64,000 nucleotides of DNA from Candidatus Aminicenantes bacterium. GTDB lineage: Bacteria > Acidobacteriota > Aminicenantia > Aminicenantales > JAFGBC01. The notes beneath the pieces were generated by a model. It ran no database searches, had not been told where the DNA came from, and saw nothing but the letters and a program-made list of their open reading frames with translations. Position 1 is the stretch's first letter, and each line of letters opens with the position of its first letter. Made by a program: the position numbers and the translations under genes. Shown here piece after piece: positions 55,154-64,000 of this stretch. The stretch lies in contig OY969696.1 of NCBI GenBank assembly GCA_963702005.1, positions 1,312,001 through 1,376,000 of the forward strand. Reading direction: 5' to 3'.

Positions 55154-57943
55154 ATGCTCTCGGCCGGGGACAGGATTAAACACTACGAAATCATTCGCCT
55201 TATCGGCGAGGGGGGGATGGGCGCGGTTTATCTCGCCCTGGATTCCGTCCTGGACCGCAAGGTCGCCATCAAGTTTCTTTCCGAGGAGCTTGAGGGCGAT
55301 CCCCGATTCAGGGATAGGTTCGTTCACGAAGCCAAGTCGGCCGCAGCCCTGGATCATCCCTTCATCTGCCAAATCCACGAAACCGGCGAGGTCGACGGGA
55401 AAGCCTATATCGTGATGGAATATGTCGAGGGGGTGACTCTCAGGAAGAGAATGGAGGACAGAGCGGTTTCCCTCCCGGAGGCCCTCCGGATCGCCCTGGA
55501 AATCGCCGAGGCCCTGGAAGTCGCCCACGCCAAAGGCATCGTCCATCGCGACCTGAAACCCGCCAACATCATGCTGACCCCTCAGGGGCACGCCAAGGTC
55601 ATGGACTTCGGATTGGCCAAGCGTTTTCTGCCCGGCGGAGCCGATCTTACCCGGACGCTCACCCAGGTGGGTTCGGAAGAGGGGGCGATCGTCGGCACGC
55701 TGGCTTATATGTCGCCCGAACAGGCTCGCGGGGAAACGCTCGACGGCCGGAGCGATATTTTTTCCTTGGGCATCATTCTGGACGAAATGATTTCCGGAAA
55801 ACACCCTTTTTCCAAGCCCACTCCGATGGAAACCCTCACCTCCGTCCTTAGGGACGCCCCCCCTCCGGTCAGAGTCAGCCCCAGGAGCGCGGACGCGTCC
55901 GTTTCCCAAATAGTGCTGAAAGCCCTGGCCAAGGATCTCCCCGGACGATATCAAAAAATCGCCGAGCTGGCCGGAGATATTCGAAAATTGAGCGGCGAGC
56001 TGGCGACCGCGGGGGGGAGTTTACGAAGATGGGCTAAAGTCGCCGGCAGCCTGCTCTTGGCCGTAGCCGTCTTTGTCGTCTTGTGGCGGTTTGTTCTCCG
56101 GCCCGAGCGAGGGGGGGCTCCGGTTCCCCACCAAACGATAACGGTGCTCGTGGCCGATTTCCAGAACCTGACGGGCGACCCGGATTTTGATGGGACGCTG
56201 GAACAGCCGATGGGCATCAGCCTTGAAGAATCCCCGTTCATATCGGTTTACAAGCACCCCCAGGCCCACGCGGTGGCCCGGCAGCTTTCCTCCTCTGCCG
56301 ACGATCGGCTGGACGCCGATAGGGCGCTGCTCGTCAGCCGCAGAGAGGGCATCAATGCCGTCGTCGCCGCATCCGTATCACTAAGCAATAGAGTGTACGC
56401 CGTCAGCGCCCGGGCGGTGGACCCTGCCAGCGGGAAGCTGCTTGTCCGGGCCGACCAAGCCAGCAAGACCAAGGCCGGTGTCCTCCAAGCGACGCACGAT
56501 TTGGCGGTTGGGATCGGCGCGAAACTCAGCAGGAGTTCCCCCCAGTCCGTCGCGGCATTAAGTCGGGAGACTTTTTCCGCCTCCTCGTTGGAAGCTATGC
56601 AGGCCTATTCGAAGGGACAGGACTTGGCGCAGCAGGGGAGGGACGAGGAGGCCATTCTTGAGTATCAAGCGGCTATTGCCGCCGACCCGAAGATGGGACG
56701 CGCCTATTCCGGCTTGGCAACCGCCTATTGGAATACGGGCCTTGTTCGGGACGCCGAGAGGTACTTCCAATTGGCCATGGTCAATATCGACCGGATGACG
56801 GAGCGGGAAAAATATCGAACCAGCGGGGCTTATTATCTTTTCAAACAGGATTATCAAAAAGCCATTGAAAAATACGGAGCGCTCATTGACAAATATCCCG
56901 CTGACGGAGCGGGCTTGCCGAATCTGGCCATTGCCTATTTCGGGGCGAGACGAATGGCTGATGCCCTGGTGTCCGGGCAAAAGGCGCTGGACGCCGATCC
57001 CAAGGATACCACCAACCGCTATAATCTGGGCTGGTATGCCATGGGATCGGGCAACTTCGAATTGGCCCGAACGAGCGAGCTCGAAGTCATCAAGGAGAAT
57101 CCCGGTTTTGCGGAGGCCTATCTTGTAATTGGCCTTGCTGAATTGGCGCTGGGCCACCGCTCCGAAGCGGCTGAGGAGTACCTTAAACTGGAGGCCATCG
57201 GCGCCGGGGGGACCTCTCTCGCTTCAACGGCATCCGCCGACCTGGCCATTTATGAGGGGAGACTGGATCAGGCCGTGTCCATTCTGAACGCGGGAATTTC
57301 CGCGGACGTTAAAAACGGCCGGGGGGATGACGCTGCGGACAAACTCGTCATGCTGGCCGACGTGCTCATGGAGGAAAAGCTGAGAGCCCAAGCCGTCGAG
57401 TGCGCCGACAGAGCGTTGGCGGCCGGAAAAAGCGAGAGCGTGATGTTCGCGGCGGGGCGCGTTTACCTGCAGGCCGGGAAGGAAATCAAGGCCCGGGCGA
57501 TCCAGGCCGAGCTCGGGACGAGGGTCCAGCCCATCAATCAAGTCTATGCCAAGCTCCTTGAGGGCGAGTTGAGGTTGAGAACGGGCGATGCGCCCGGGGC
57601 GATCCGGCTTTACCGGGAAGCCGAAGCGATCCTCGACACTTGGCTGGGGCGCCTCTTGCTGGGAGCGGCCTCTATTGAAATGGGGGCTTTTACCGAAGCT
57701 TACCTGGAATTCGATCTCTGCCTGAAACGCCGCGGCGAAGCGGCCTCGGTCTTTATGAACGACCTCCCCTCTTTTCGTTATCTTCCCCAAGTCTATTACT
57801 ATCTGGGCCGGGCCCAAGAAGGATTAGGGAGTCCGGCCGCCGCGCAATCTTACCGGGCTTTCCTTGAAATCAAGGACAAATCATCGGGCCTCCCGCTCGT
57901 TGAGGATGCCAAAAAAAGGCTGGCCGGCCTGAAGGGCGGATGA
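55154..57943 (+). CDS. Membrane Hanks-type Ser/Thr protein kinase with extracytoplasmic TPR region
   Basis: GEGGMG, VAIK, HRDLKPAN, DFG, YMSPEQ; TM segment; TPR-like helical repeats. Confidence 0.93.
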   Translation: MLSAGDRIKHYEIIRLIGEGGMGAVYLALDSVLDRKVAIKFLSEELEGDPRFRDRFVHEAKSAAALDHPFICQIHETGEVDGKAYIVMEYVEGVTLRKRMEDRAVSLPEALRIALEIAEALEVAHAKGIVHRDLKPANIMLTPQGHAKVMDFGLAKRFLPGGADLTRTLTQVGSEEGAIVGTLAYMSPEQARGETLDGRSDIFSLGIILDEMISGKHPFSKPTPMETLTSVLRDAPPPVRVSPRSADASVSQIVLKALAKDLPGRYQKIAELAGDIRKLSGELATAGGSLRRWAKVAGSLLLAVAVFVVLWRFVLRPERGGAPVPHQTITVLVADFQNLTGDPDFDGTLEQPMGISLEESPFISVYKHPQAHAVARQLSSSADDRLDADRALLVSRREGINAVVAASVSLSNRVYAVSARAVDPASGKLLVRADQASKTKAGVLQATHDLAVGIGAKLSRSSPQSVAALSRETFSASSLEAMQAYSKGQDLAQQGRDEEAILEYQAAIAADPKMGRAYSGLATAYWNTGLVRDAERYFQLAMVNIDRMTEREKYRTSGAYYLFKQDYQKAIEKYGALIDKYPADGAGLPNLAIAYFGARRMADALVSGQKALDADPKDTTNRYNLGWYAMGSGNFELARTSELEVIKENPGFAEAYLVIGLAELALGHRSEAAEEYLKLEAIGAGGTSLASTASADLAIYEGRLDQAVSILNAGISADVKNGRGDDAADKLVMLADVLMEEKLRAQAVECADRALAAGKSESVMFAAGRVYLQAGKEIKARAIQAELGTRVQPINQVYAKLLEGELRLRTGDAPGAIRLYREAEAILDTWLGRLLLGAASIEMGAFTEAYLEFDLCLKRRGEAASVFMNDLPSFRYLPQVYYYLGRAQEGLGSPAAAQSYRAFLEIKDKSSGLPLVEDAKKRLAGLKGG

Positions 57944-57990
57944 AGGCGCTGCCCTGTCACCGGAGCTCATGGGGCTCGTTGCCGAATTCA

Positions 57991-58176
57991 GTCAACCCCT
58001 CGACTCCCCGGCATGAATGCCGGGGCTTATTCGGGGTTAACCCTGAGCCTACTCAGCCCCATCTCCTCTAAAGGGGCTGAGTACAAAAGTGTCGCTTCTT
58101 GTTCCCGCCTTGAAAGGCGGGGCTCCGATTTTAAGCCCCGCCTTTCAGGGCGGGGTAGCGTCGGCGAACGGGTCAA
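57991..58176 (+). mobile_element. Non-autonomous palindromic element, family A copy 3
   Basis: GTCAA..CCCCGGCATGAATGCCGGGG..CGTCGGCGAACGGGTCAA; reverse orientation of the 16303 and 40085 copies. Confidence 0.75.
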
Positions 58177-58199
58177 TCGGTTCAGTCCCGGAGATTCCG

Positions 58200-59786
58200 T
58201 CAGCGGGCGGCCTTTGCGAAGATCTTGCTTTCCATCGCCGCCCGGAACACCAACAACTGGGGGATACTGGGGCGGAGCAGGTTGGAGGCGCCGTCAACCT
58301 CATCATCCATCATGTGCATCAGGATGACGGCCGAGGGCTTGATCCGATCAAGGACGATCCGCTTGGCCTCTTCGTTCTGGAAAAATGACGGGCTGAGAAA
58401 GACGATATCAATCTTCATTTTTTCCCAGGGGACGGGGGCCAGAAACGGCATACTGGATGTGGGATCGACGTCGCCCTGATGGTAGATCTTAAACCCGCCC
58501 ATTTCCATGATGTAGCCCAGCGTCAGGTAGGGCCGATCCGCGCTGCCGTGGTTGACCCCGATCATGGTCAAGGGGATACCGGCGACGGGCAGAGACGTCC
58601 GCTCGCCCATTTTGATATCCGCGGTCTTGATGCGGGAGTCGAGCGTCTTGAAGGCGTCCGGGCCGGCCGTTTTGAGTTCATTCGTGACGAGACCGTCCCC
58701 TACCAGGACGGCTTGGGGTTGGGCGGAGAGAACATCGAGGGCCATGGCAGGCTCGAAATGATCGCGGTGGGCGTGGGAAAAGAGAAGGAGGTCGATCCGC
58801 TCGAAGGGGGCCTGGGCGGCCTTCATCAAGGCCAGCGCCCGCTCCGGGGTATTGACGTATCCCCAGGGATTTCGGACCAGGCCGTCGACGAGCACGGCCT
58901 TGGAGCCGGCCTCGATCAAGAAGACGTCGTTTCCGATATAGCGGATGACAGCGGTTTGGACTTGGGCGCCGCCCGGACTGTCGACGATTTCGAACGAGCC
59001 GCCCTTGAGAAGATAGACTTTGGACGGAGTCGGCCGGGCACCCTTCGCCGTCAGAAGCGCGGCCAGGGACTGGTAGCCCCAATCCCGGGCGATATCCAGG
59101 GCGGTTAACCCGTTCTTGTCGGCCGCGTTGGGGTCCGCGCCCTTGTCGAGCAGCGTCTTGACCAAGGCCTCGTTTCCCAGTGAAGCGGCAGTGTGGAGGA
59201 TCATCGATCCCTCCGGCGTCTTGGCGTCGAAGGAGATCAGCCTCATCAGAGTTTCGACGACGGCCGTCTTGTTCCGCAGGACGGCGTACTCCAGGGGAGT
59301 CCGGTTCTGGCTATCTCTCAGGGACGGATTCGCGCCGTTTTTGGCCAGGACTTCGACGAGCTCGGGATGCCCTTCGCGAGCGGCGTAATGGAGCGGAGAT
59401 CGCCCGTTGGTATCCTGATATTGGACGGCGGCGCCTTTCGAGATGAAGAGCTCGACGACTTGCTTGAATCCCGCGTAGGAAGCATAGAGGAGAGGGGTTT
59501 GGCTGCTCAGGTTCCGGGCGTCTAGGGCCGCCCCGTTCTCCAGGAGCAGGCGCGCGATTTCGAGCGCGGCCGGTTCGCCGCGGCGGCATCCGGCCGCCGC
59601 GTGAAGGGCCGTATCGCCGTCCGCGTTTTTCGCCTCGACGAGCTTGGGGTCTGTTTTAAGGAGCCGAGCCATGGCCTCGAGGTCTCCGTTTGCGGCGGCC
59701 TCGAAGATAGTCTGTGCGGACGCGCTTGCCGTGGCCGCGAGGATGAAGGCGAGAGCGATTAAAAAACAGCAGGACCGATTCTTCAT
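58200..59786 (-). CDS. Exported ankyrin-repeat / metallo-beta-lactamase-fold fusion protein
   Basis: Repeated TALH/TPL/SPLH ankyrin motifs; HAHRDH metal motif; signal peptide. Confidence 0.85.
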   Translation of the reverse strand: MKNRSCCFLIALAFILAATASASAQTIFEAAANGDLEAMARLLKTDPKLVEAKNADGDTALHAAAGCRRGEPAALEIARLLLENGAALDARNLSSQTPLLYASYAGFKQVVELFISKGAAVQYQDTNGRSPLHYAAREGHPELVEVLAKNGANPSLRDSQNRTPLEYAVLRNKTAVVETLMRLISFDAKTPEGSMILHTAASLGNEALVKTLLDKGADPNAADKNGLTALDIARDWGYQSLAALLTAKGARPTPSKVYLLKGGSFEIVDSPGGAQVQTAVIRYIGNDVFLIEAGSKAVLVDGLVRNPWGYVNTPERALALMKAAQAPFERIDLLLFSHAHRDHFEPAMALDVLSAQPQAVLVGDGLVTNELKTAGPDAFKTLDSRIKTADIKMGERTSLPVAGIPLTMIGVNHGSADRPYLTLGYIMEMGGFKIYHQGDVDPTSSMPFLAPVPWEKMKIDIVFLSPSFFQNEEAKRIVLDRIKPSAVILMHMMDDEVDGASNLLRPSIPQLLVFRAAMESKIFAKAAR

Positions 59787-60047
59787 GCGTAAGCTCCTTT
59801 GCCGTCGTGTAAAGAAATTTTGCAGCGGGCGTCGCTGAAAAGTGAAGGGACCCCCTTTCTTTGATCCATCTCCTTGATTATAGGCGAATCTCATGCCATC
59901 CTTCGGAAAAATTTCGGGATCACGCAATTAAGGGGATTCCGGAATTTTCTGTACCGGCACGAGCATCTTCCCGGAGCTTGAACCGGCCGGGCCCGCGGCT
60001 TATACTTGAAATTGCGATAGGACGACACGGCCGATAAGGAGGGAACC

Positions 60048-60506
60048 ATGGCTATGACCATTGTAAGTCCGGCTTTCACGGCAGGGGGGATGATCCCGGC
60101 GGAATTCACCTGCGACGGCCCGAACGTCTCGCCGCCGCTCGTCTTCGCAAACGTGCCCGCGGAGGCGAAGAGTCTGGCCCTCATCATGGACGATCCGGAC
60201 GCTCCGGCCGGCACTTGGGTTCATTGGGTCGCCTACGCCATCCCGCCCGTGACGAAGGAACTGGCCAGGAATATTCCACCCCAGAAGGATCTCCCCAACG
60301 TGATGCGCCAGGGGACGAACGACTTCCGCAGAATAGGCTACGGCGGTCCCTGCCCACCGGGCGGGACGCATCGGTATTATTTCAAGCTCTACGCCCTGGA
60401 TATCGTCCCTAATCTCGCGGCCGGCGCGACCAAGGCGCAGCTCCTTGAAGCCATGAAGGGCCACATCCTCGCCCAGGCTGAATTTATGGGCAAGTACCGG
60501 AGATAA
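60048..60506 (+). CDS. YbhB/YbcL (PEBP, Raf kinase inhibitor-like) protein
   Basis: DPDAP..WVHW, YGGPCPP..HRYYF. Confidence 0.93.
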   Translation: MAMTIVSPAFTAGGMIPAEFTCDGPNVSPPLVFANVPAEAKSLALIMDDPDAPAGTWVHWVAYAIPPVTKELARNIPPQKDLPNVMRQGTNDFRRIGYGGPCPPGGTHRYYFKLYALDIVPNLAAGATKAQLLEAMKGHILAQAEFMGKYRR

Positions 60507-60530
60507 AGGCCGTCGGGCGTATTCGAATGC

Positions 60531-60606
60531 AATTCTGGGGACACACGACTTAATTCACAAGACCAAAGGTCATGAGTTCGGAATTAAGTCGTGTGTCCCC
60601 AGAATT
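60531..60606. repeat. REP/REPIN-like inverted pair, family B
   Basis: 26-bp perfect inverted arms (60531-60556, 60581-60606) between convergent genes. Confidence 0.9.
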
Positions 60607-60637
60607 ATTTTTTCTTGGATTCCTGTCCTGTTCCGGT

Positions 60638-61069
60638 TTAAAGCCCGGCCGACCGGTTAAACAGGAATTGATCAAGCCGCTCGCGGATTTTCTCAGCGGC
60701 CGCGAAATAGGCCTCGACGCCCCGACCGAGGGGGTCTTCGATGTCCCAAGCATAGAGCTTGTCTTCGGGTACGACGGCAGCGTCCTTGACCCGCTCGTAG
60801 ACATGGAGGTCCATGGCGATGACGAAGTCGAACGCCTCCGGTCCGGCCTCGGCGACTGAACGGGGCTTGTGGTCGCGTATGTCGATTCCGTACAGGGTCC
60901 GGACGACGATGACGGACTCTTCGCTGGGGCGGTCGCCGACCGGGGCGATCCCGGCGCTCGCGGCCGAAACCGCGTCGCCGTGGAGGGCGCGGGCGACGCC
61001 GACGGCCATCGGGCTGCGGCAGATGTTGCCGTAGCACACGAACAGGATCTTAAGAGGGTTTGAAGTCAT
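60638..61069 (-). CDS. Low-molecular-weight protein tyrosine phosphatase family protein
   Basis: VCYGNICRSPMA P-loop, SAG, IEDP. Confidence 0.9.
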   Translation of the reverse strand: MTSNPLKILFVCYGNICRSPMAVGVARALHGDAVSAASAGIAPVGDRPSEESVIVVRTLYGIDIRDHKPRSVAEAGPEAFDFVIAMDLHVYERVKDAAVVPEDKLYAWDIEDPLGRGVEAYFAAAEKIRERLDQFLFNRSAGL

Positions 61070-61089
61070 CCTGGGGAGCCGGCCTCGGC

Positions 61090-62070
61090 TCAGGCCATCA
61101 AGCTGCAGATGGCCGCCACGTTGACGATGTCGTCGACCGAGCAGCCGCGGGACAGGTCGCAGTAGGGTTTGCGCAGCCCCTGGACGATGGGCCCGACGGC
61201 CTCGGCCCCGGCCAGGCGTTCGGTCAGCTTGTAGCCGATGTTCCCGGCGTCGAGGTCGGGGAAGATGAGGACGTTGGCCTTGCCGGCGACCGGGCTTCCC
61301 TTGCTCTTGCGCTCGCCGACCGAGGCGACCAGGGCCGCGTCGGCCTGCAGTTCGCCGTCGATGAGGAGGTCGGGAGCCTTGTCCTTGGCCAGCTTGGTGG
61401 CGCGGATGACTTTGTCGACGTCCTCGTGCTGGGCCGAGCCCTTGGTAGAGAAGGACAGCATGGCGACTCGGGGCGATTCGCCGGTCACGGCCTGGAAGTT
61501 GCGGGCCGAGGTCAGGGCGATGTCGGCGAGCTGGGCATCGGTCGGGTTGGGGACGACGGCGCAGTCGGCGTAGCAGAGGAGCTTGTCGGGGAAGACCATG
61601 ATGAAGTAGCTCGAGACGGTCTGGATGCCGGGGGCCGTGCCGACTGTGTGGATGGCGGCCCTGATGACGTCGCCGGTCGCGGAGACGTTGCCCCCGACCA
61701 CGGCGTCGATCTTGTCGGTCGCCAACATCATGCCCGCGAAGTAGAGGGAGCTCTTGAGGGCTTCGGCGGCCTGGTCCTTGGTCCAGCCCTTGGCTTTACG
61801 CTTCTCGAAAAGCTGGTCGCCGAACGCGGCCTTGAGGGGCGAGGTCGCCGGGTCGACGATCTCAACGCCGCCCAGGCTGAGTCCATTCTCGGCAGCGATT
61901 TTAGGGATGGCGTCCGCGTTTCCGACCAGGAGGGGGATGCCGATCTTCTCGGCGGCCAGGGCCAGGGCGGCTTTGTGGGTCCGGACATCCTCGGCGTCGG
62001 GGAAGGCGATCCGCAGCTTTTTCTTAGCGGCCCTGGCGCGGATGTCCTTGATGAAAGTGTTTCCGCTCAT
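61090..62070 (-). CDS. pta: Phosphate acetyltransferase
   Basis: ADCAV, MLSFSTKGS, DGELQADAA, GNIGYK, DLSRGC. Confidence 0.93.
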   Translation of the reverse strand: MSGNTFIKDIRARAAKKKLRIAFPDAEDVRTHKAALALAAEKIGIPLLVGNADAIPKIAAENGLSLGGVEIVDPATSPLKAAFGDQLFEKRKAKGWTKDQAAEALKSSLYFAGMMLATDKIDAVVGGNVSATGDVIRAAIHTVGTAPGIQTVSSYFIMVFPDKLLCYADCAVVPNPTDAQLADIALTSARNFQAVTGESPRVAMLSFSTKGSAQHEDVDKVIRATKLAKDKAPDLLIDGELQADAALVASVGERKSKGSPVAGKANVLIFPDLDAGNIGYKLTERLAGAEAVGPIVQGLRKPYCDLSRGCSVDDIVNVAAICSLMA

Positions 62071-62177
62071 CGCTCGCTCCTATCTTGAACTGAAGTCGAT
62101 CTCATCATTTCCGGGGGACGTCCCGGACGGCTTGACGGGAATAAAAGATTTATTTTAGCCAATTCGGCTTCCGTAAT

Positions 62178-62642
62178 TCAGCACCCGCGGCCTCGGGCCC
62201 GGCGAGACGACGAGGCCGGCCGAGGCCGGGCCGCTTTCGTCGCCTTCGGCTTTCCGGCCAGGGCCGTCCGGATCGCCCGGAGAAGTTCTTCGTCGATCAG
62301 GGGCTTGCTGAGCCAGACGAAGGAATCCTTAGACTTCCGGGGGCGCCTGAGGCCGGGACTGACGAAGGCCGTGATGAAGATGACGGGGATCCGGTAGCGG
62401 GCCTGGAGGCGTCGGGCCGTTTCGATGCCGTCGATCTCCCCTTTGATCGTGATGTCCATGAGGACGAGGTCGGGGCGGTCGACCTCGGCCGCGGCCAGGG
62501 CCTCGGCCCCGGAGGTCACCAGTCCGGAGACCCGCCAGCCCAGGGCTATGAGTTTTTCCCTGATCTCCATGGCGACGATGACCTCGTCCTCGACGATGAG
62601 GATGGAGGCCTTCTTCGACCGGCTCGGTTTCTTGGCGGCCAT
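62178..62642 (-). CDS. Single-domain response regulator
   Basis: ILIVEDE, DLVLMD, DGIE, ITA, KP. Confidence 0.87.
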   Translation of the reverse strand: MAAKKPSRSKKASILIVEDEVIVAMEIREKLIALGWRVSGLVTSGAEALAAAEVDRPDLVLMDITIKGEIDGIETARRLQARYRIPVIFITAFVSPGLRRPRKSKDSFVWLSKPLIDEELLRAIRTALAGKPKATKAARPRPASSSRRARGRGC

Positions 62643-62726
62643 CTCCGCTGCGATCCTCTCTGATAACGCCCTTGATCCTTGAAATAAAGGGGAATTATAC
62701 GTTTTTTCGGATTCCGCTTCAATCAC

Positions 62727-62781
62727 AATTCTGGGGACACACGACTTAATTCGGCGAATTAAGTCGTGTGTCCCCAGAATT
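62727..62781. repeat. Family B perfect hairpin
   Basis: AATTCTGGGGACACACGACTTAATTC-GGC-GAATTAAGTCGTGTGTCCCCAGAATT. Confidence 0.92.
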
Positions 62782-62783
62782 TT

Positions 62784-64000
62784 TTAAAGGATGCGGAAGG
62801 GGCGGCTGCGGACTTCGACCCGGCCCGTCAGGACTCCGGTCGTGGCCGCGTCGGCCCGGCCCGTAAAACCGGGCTGCTTGCCGCCGACAGCGATCTCGAA
62901 CAGGCCCGGCTCGACGACGCGCGCGCCGTCCTTGTCGATGAGCGACAGCTGGCGCGGCGTCACCGTGAACCGGACGGTTCGCCTCTCGCCCGGCTGGAGA
63001 TGGATGCGCCGGTACCCTTGGAGGGAACGGATCGGGACCGGAACCGAGGCCTCGAGGTCGCTTACGTAGAGCTGGACGACCTCGTCCCCGACCCGAAAGC
63101 CGGCGTTCTTGACGTCGACCGTCACGGCCAGGTCGGCCCCGGCTTCGACGGATTCGGGAAGCTTGAGGTTCGAATACTCGAAGGTCGTGTAGCTCAGGCC
63201 GTAGCCGAAGGGATAGAGCGGCTCCCCTTTGAAATAGCGGTAGGTCTGTCCGACCATCCTGTATTCCGTGAAGGGGGGGAGGTCGGCCGCCGCTTTGTAG
63301 AAGGTCACGGGGAGCCTTCCGGAGGGATTCGCGTCTCCGAACAGGACGTCGGCCAGCGCGGTCCCGGCCGCCTGCCCCGGATACCAGGCCTCGACGACGG
63401 CCGGCACGTTGTCGGCGGCCCAGTTGACGGCCAGCGCGCTCCCGTTGAGGAGGACGAGTACGACGGGCTTTCCGGCGGCCTGGATTTTCTGGAGGAGGTC
63501 CTCCTGGAGCCTGGGGAGGTCGAGCGTGATCCTATCCCCGCCGGCGAAGCCTTCGACCGGCACCTCCATCTCCTCGCCTTCAAGCCGAGGAGAGAGGCCG
63601 AGGACGACGATGACGGCGTCGGCCTTGCGGGCCGCCTCAACCGCCTCCAGCGCCGGATCGGGCCCGGGGACGGCCCACAGGAGCCTCATGAAGGCATCGC
63701 TCGACCGGTGGAAAAAATCGACCTGGAGCTTGGCGAGCCGATGCGCCTCGAGCTTGACCGGGCCGCAGCGCTTCTCGGATTGGTGAGAGCCGTCGAACTC
63801 GGCGACGAGCTTGTCGTCGAGCCGGATCCGGAAGCCGTTGAACCCTTCGCCGCCCAGCCAATAGGTCCCGCTCACGGGCGGGACGAGGTATCCCGTCCAG
63901 CGGACGCTGAAGTCGTCGTCGTCGAGGCCGGATTGGGGCGCCCTATCCCACCAGTTGAAATCGACCTTGGGGTCGATCCTGGCCAGAACGGGCGCGCCCT
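62784..64000 (-). CDS. GH3 beta-glycosidase with PA14 insert; 5' part outside window
   Basis: VDFNW..FSVRWTG (PA14), LEGEE, GDR, AWYPGQ, PFGYGLSYT, Fn3-like tail; frame open to window end. Confidence 0.9.
   Translation of the reverse strand, partial: GAPVLARIDPKVDFNWWDRAPQSGLDDDDFSVRWTGYLVPPVSGTYWLGGEGFNGFRIRLDDKLVAEFDGSHQSEKRCGPVKLEAHRLAKLQVDFFHRSSDAFMRLLWAVPGPDPALEAVEAARKADAVIVVLGLSPRLEGEEMEVPVEGFAGGDRITLDLPRLQEDLLQKIQAAGKPVVLVLLNGSALAVNWAADNVPAVVEAWYPGQAAGTALADVLFGDANPSGRLPVTFYKAAADLPPFTEYRMVGQTYRYFKGEPLYPFGYGLSYTTFEYSNLKLPESVEAGADLAVTVDVKNAGFRVGDEVVQLYVSDLEASVPVPIRSLQGYRRIHLQPGERRTVRFTVTPRQLSLIDKDGARVVEPGLFEIAVGGKQPGFTGRADAATTGVLTGRVEVRSRPFRIL

Noticed and set aside
32029-62781. Family B repeats as a CRISPR array
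   Set aside because: Copies are dispersed and inverted, not tandem direct repeats with regular spacers; no cas genes

Overview
GC-rich bacterial window, densely coding. Gene content (secreted glycoside hydrolases, SSS transporters, TPR Ser/Thr kinase, ankyrin fusion, Nfn, Pta) suggests an anaerobic polysaccharide/peptide fermenter, possibly Aminicenantia/Acidobacteriota (inference only). Main blocks: (1) two GH127 genes, then an [FeFe]-hydrogenase-like sensor kinase, response regulators, a hybrid kinase and a fused NfnAB; (2) a stretch of gene fragments containing displaced 3' ends of two upstream genes; (3) galM and an araB-araD-isomerase operon; (4) a tightly coupled six-gene minus-strand operon: one B12-binding radical SAM, three paralogous radical SAMs, a PAP2-like membrane protein and a saccharopine-dehydrogenase-like reductase. 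Block 4 is the best candidate for an undescribed system, possibly membrane-lipid tailoring; (5) GH95, aminotransferase, cyclophilin, PHP and VPS10 hydrolases, a frameshifted hydrolase; (6) an IS481-family element and two sugar uptake/catabolism loci; (7) kinase, ankyrin-MBL, PEBP, LMW phosphatase, pta and a partial GH3. Two families of dispersed palindromic repeats are present. No CRISPR array, tRNA or rRNA was seen. All alignments and counts were done by eye.
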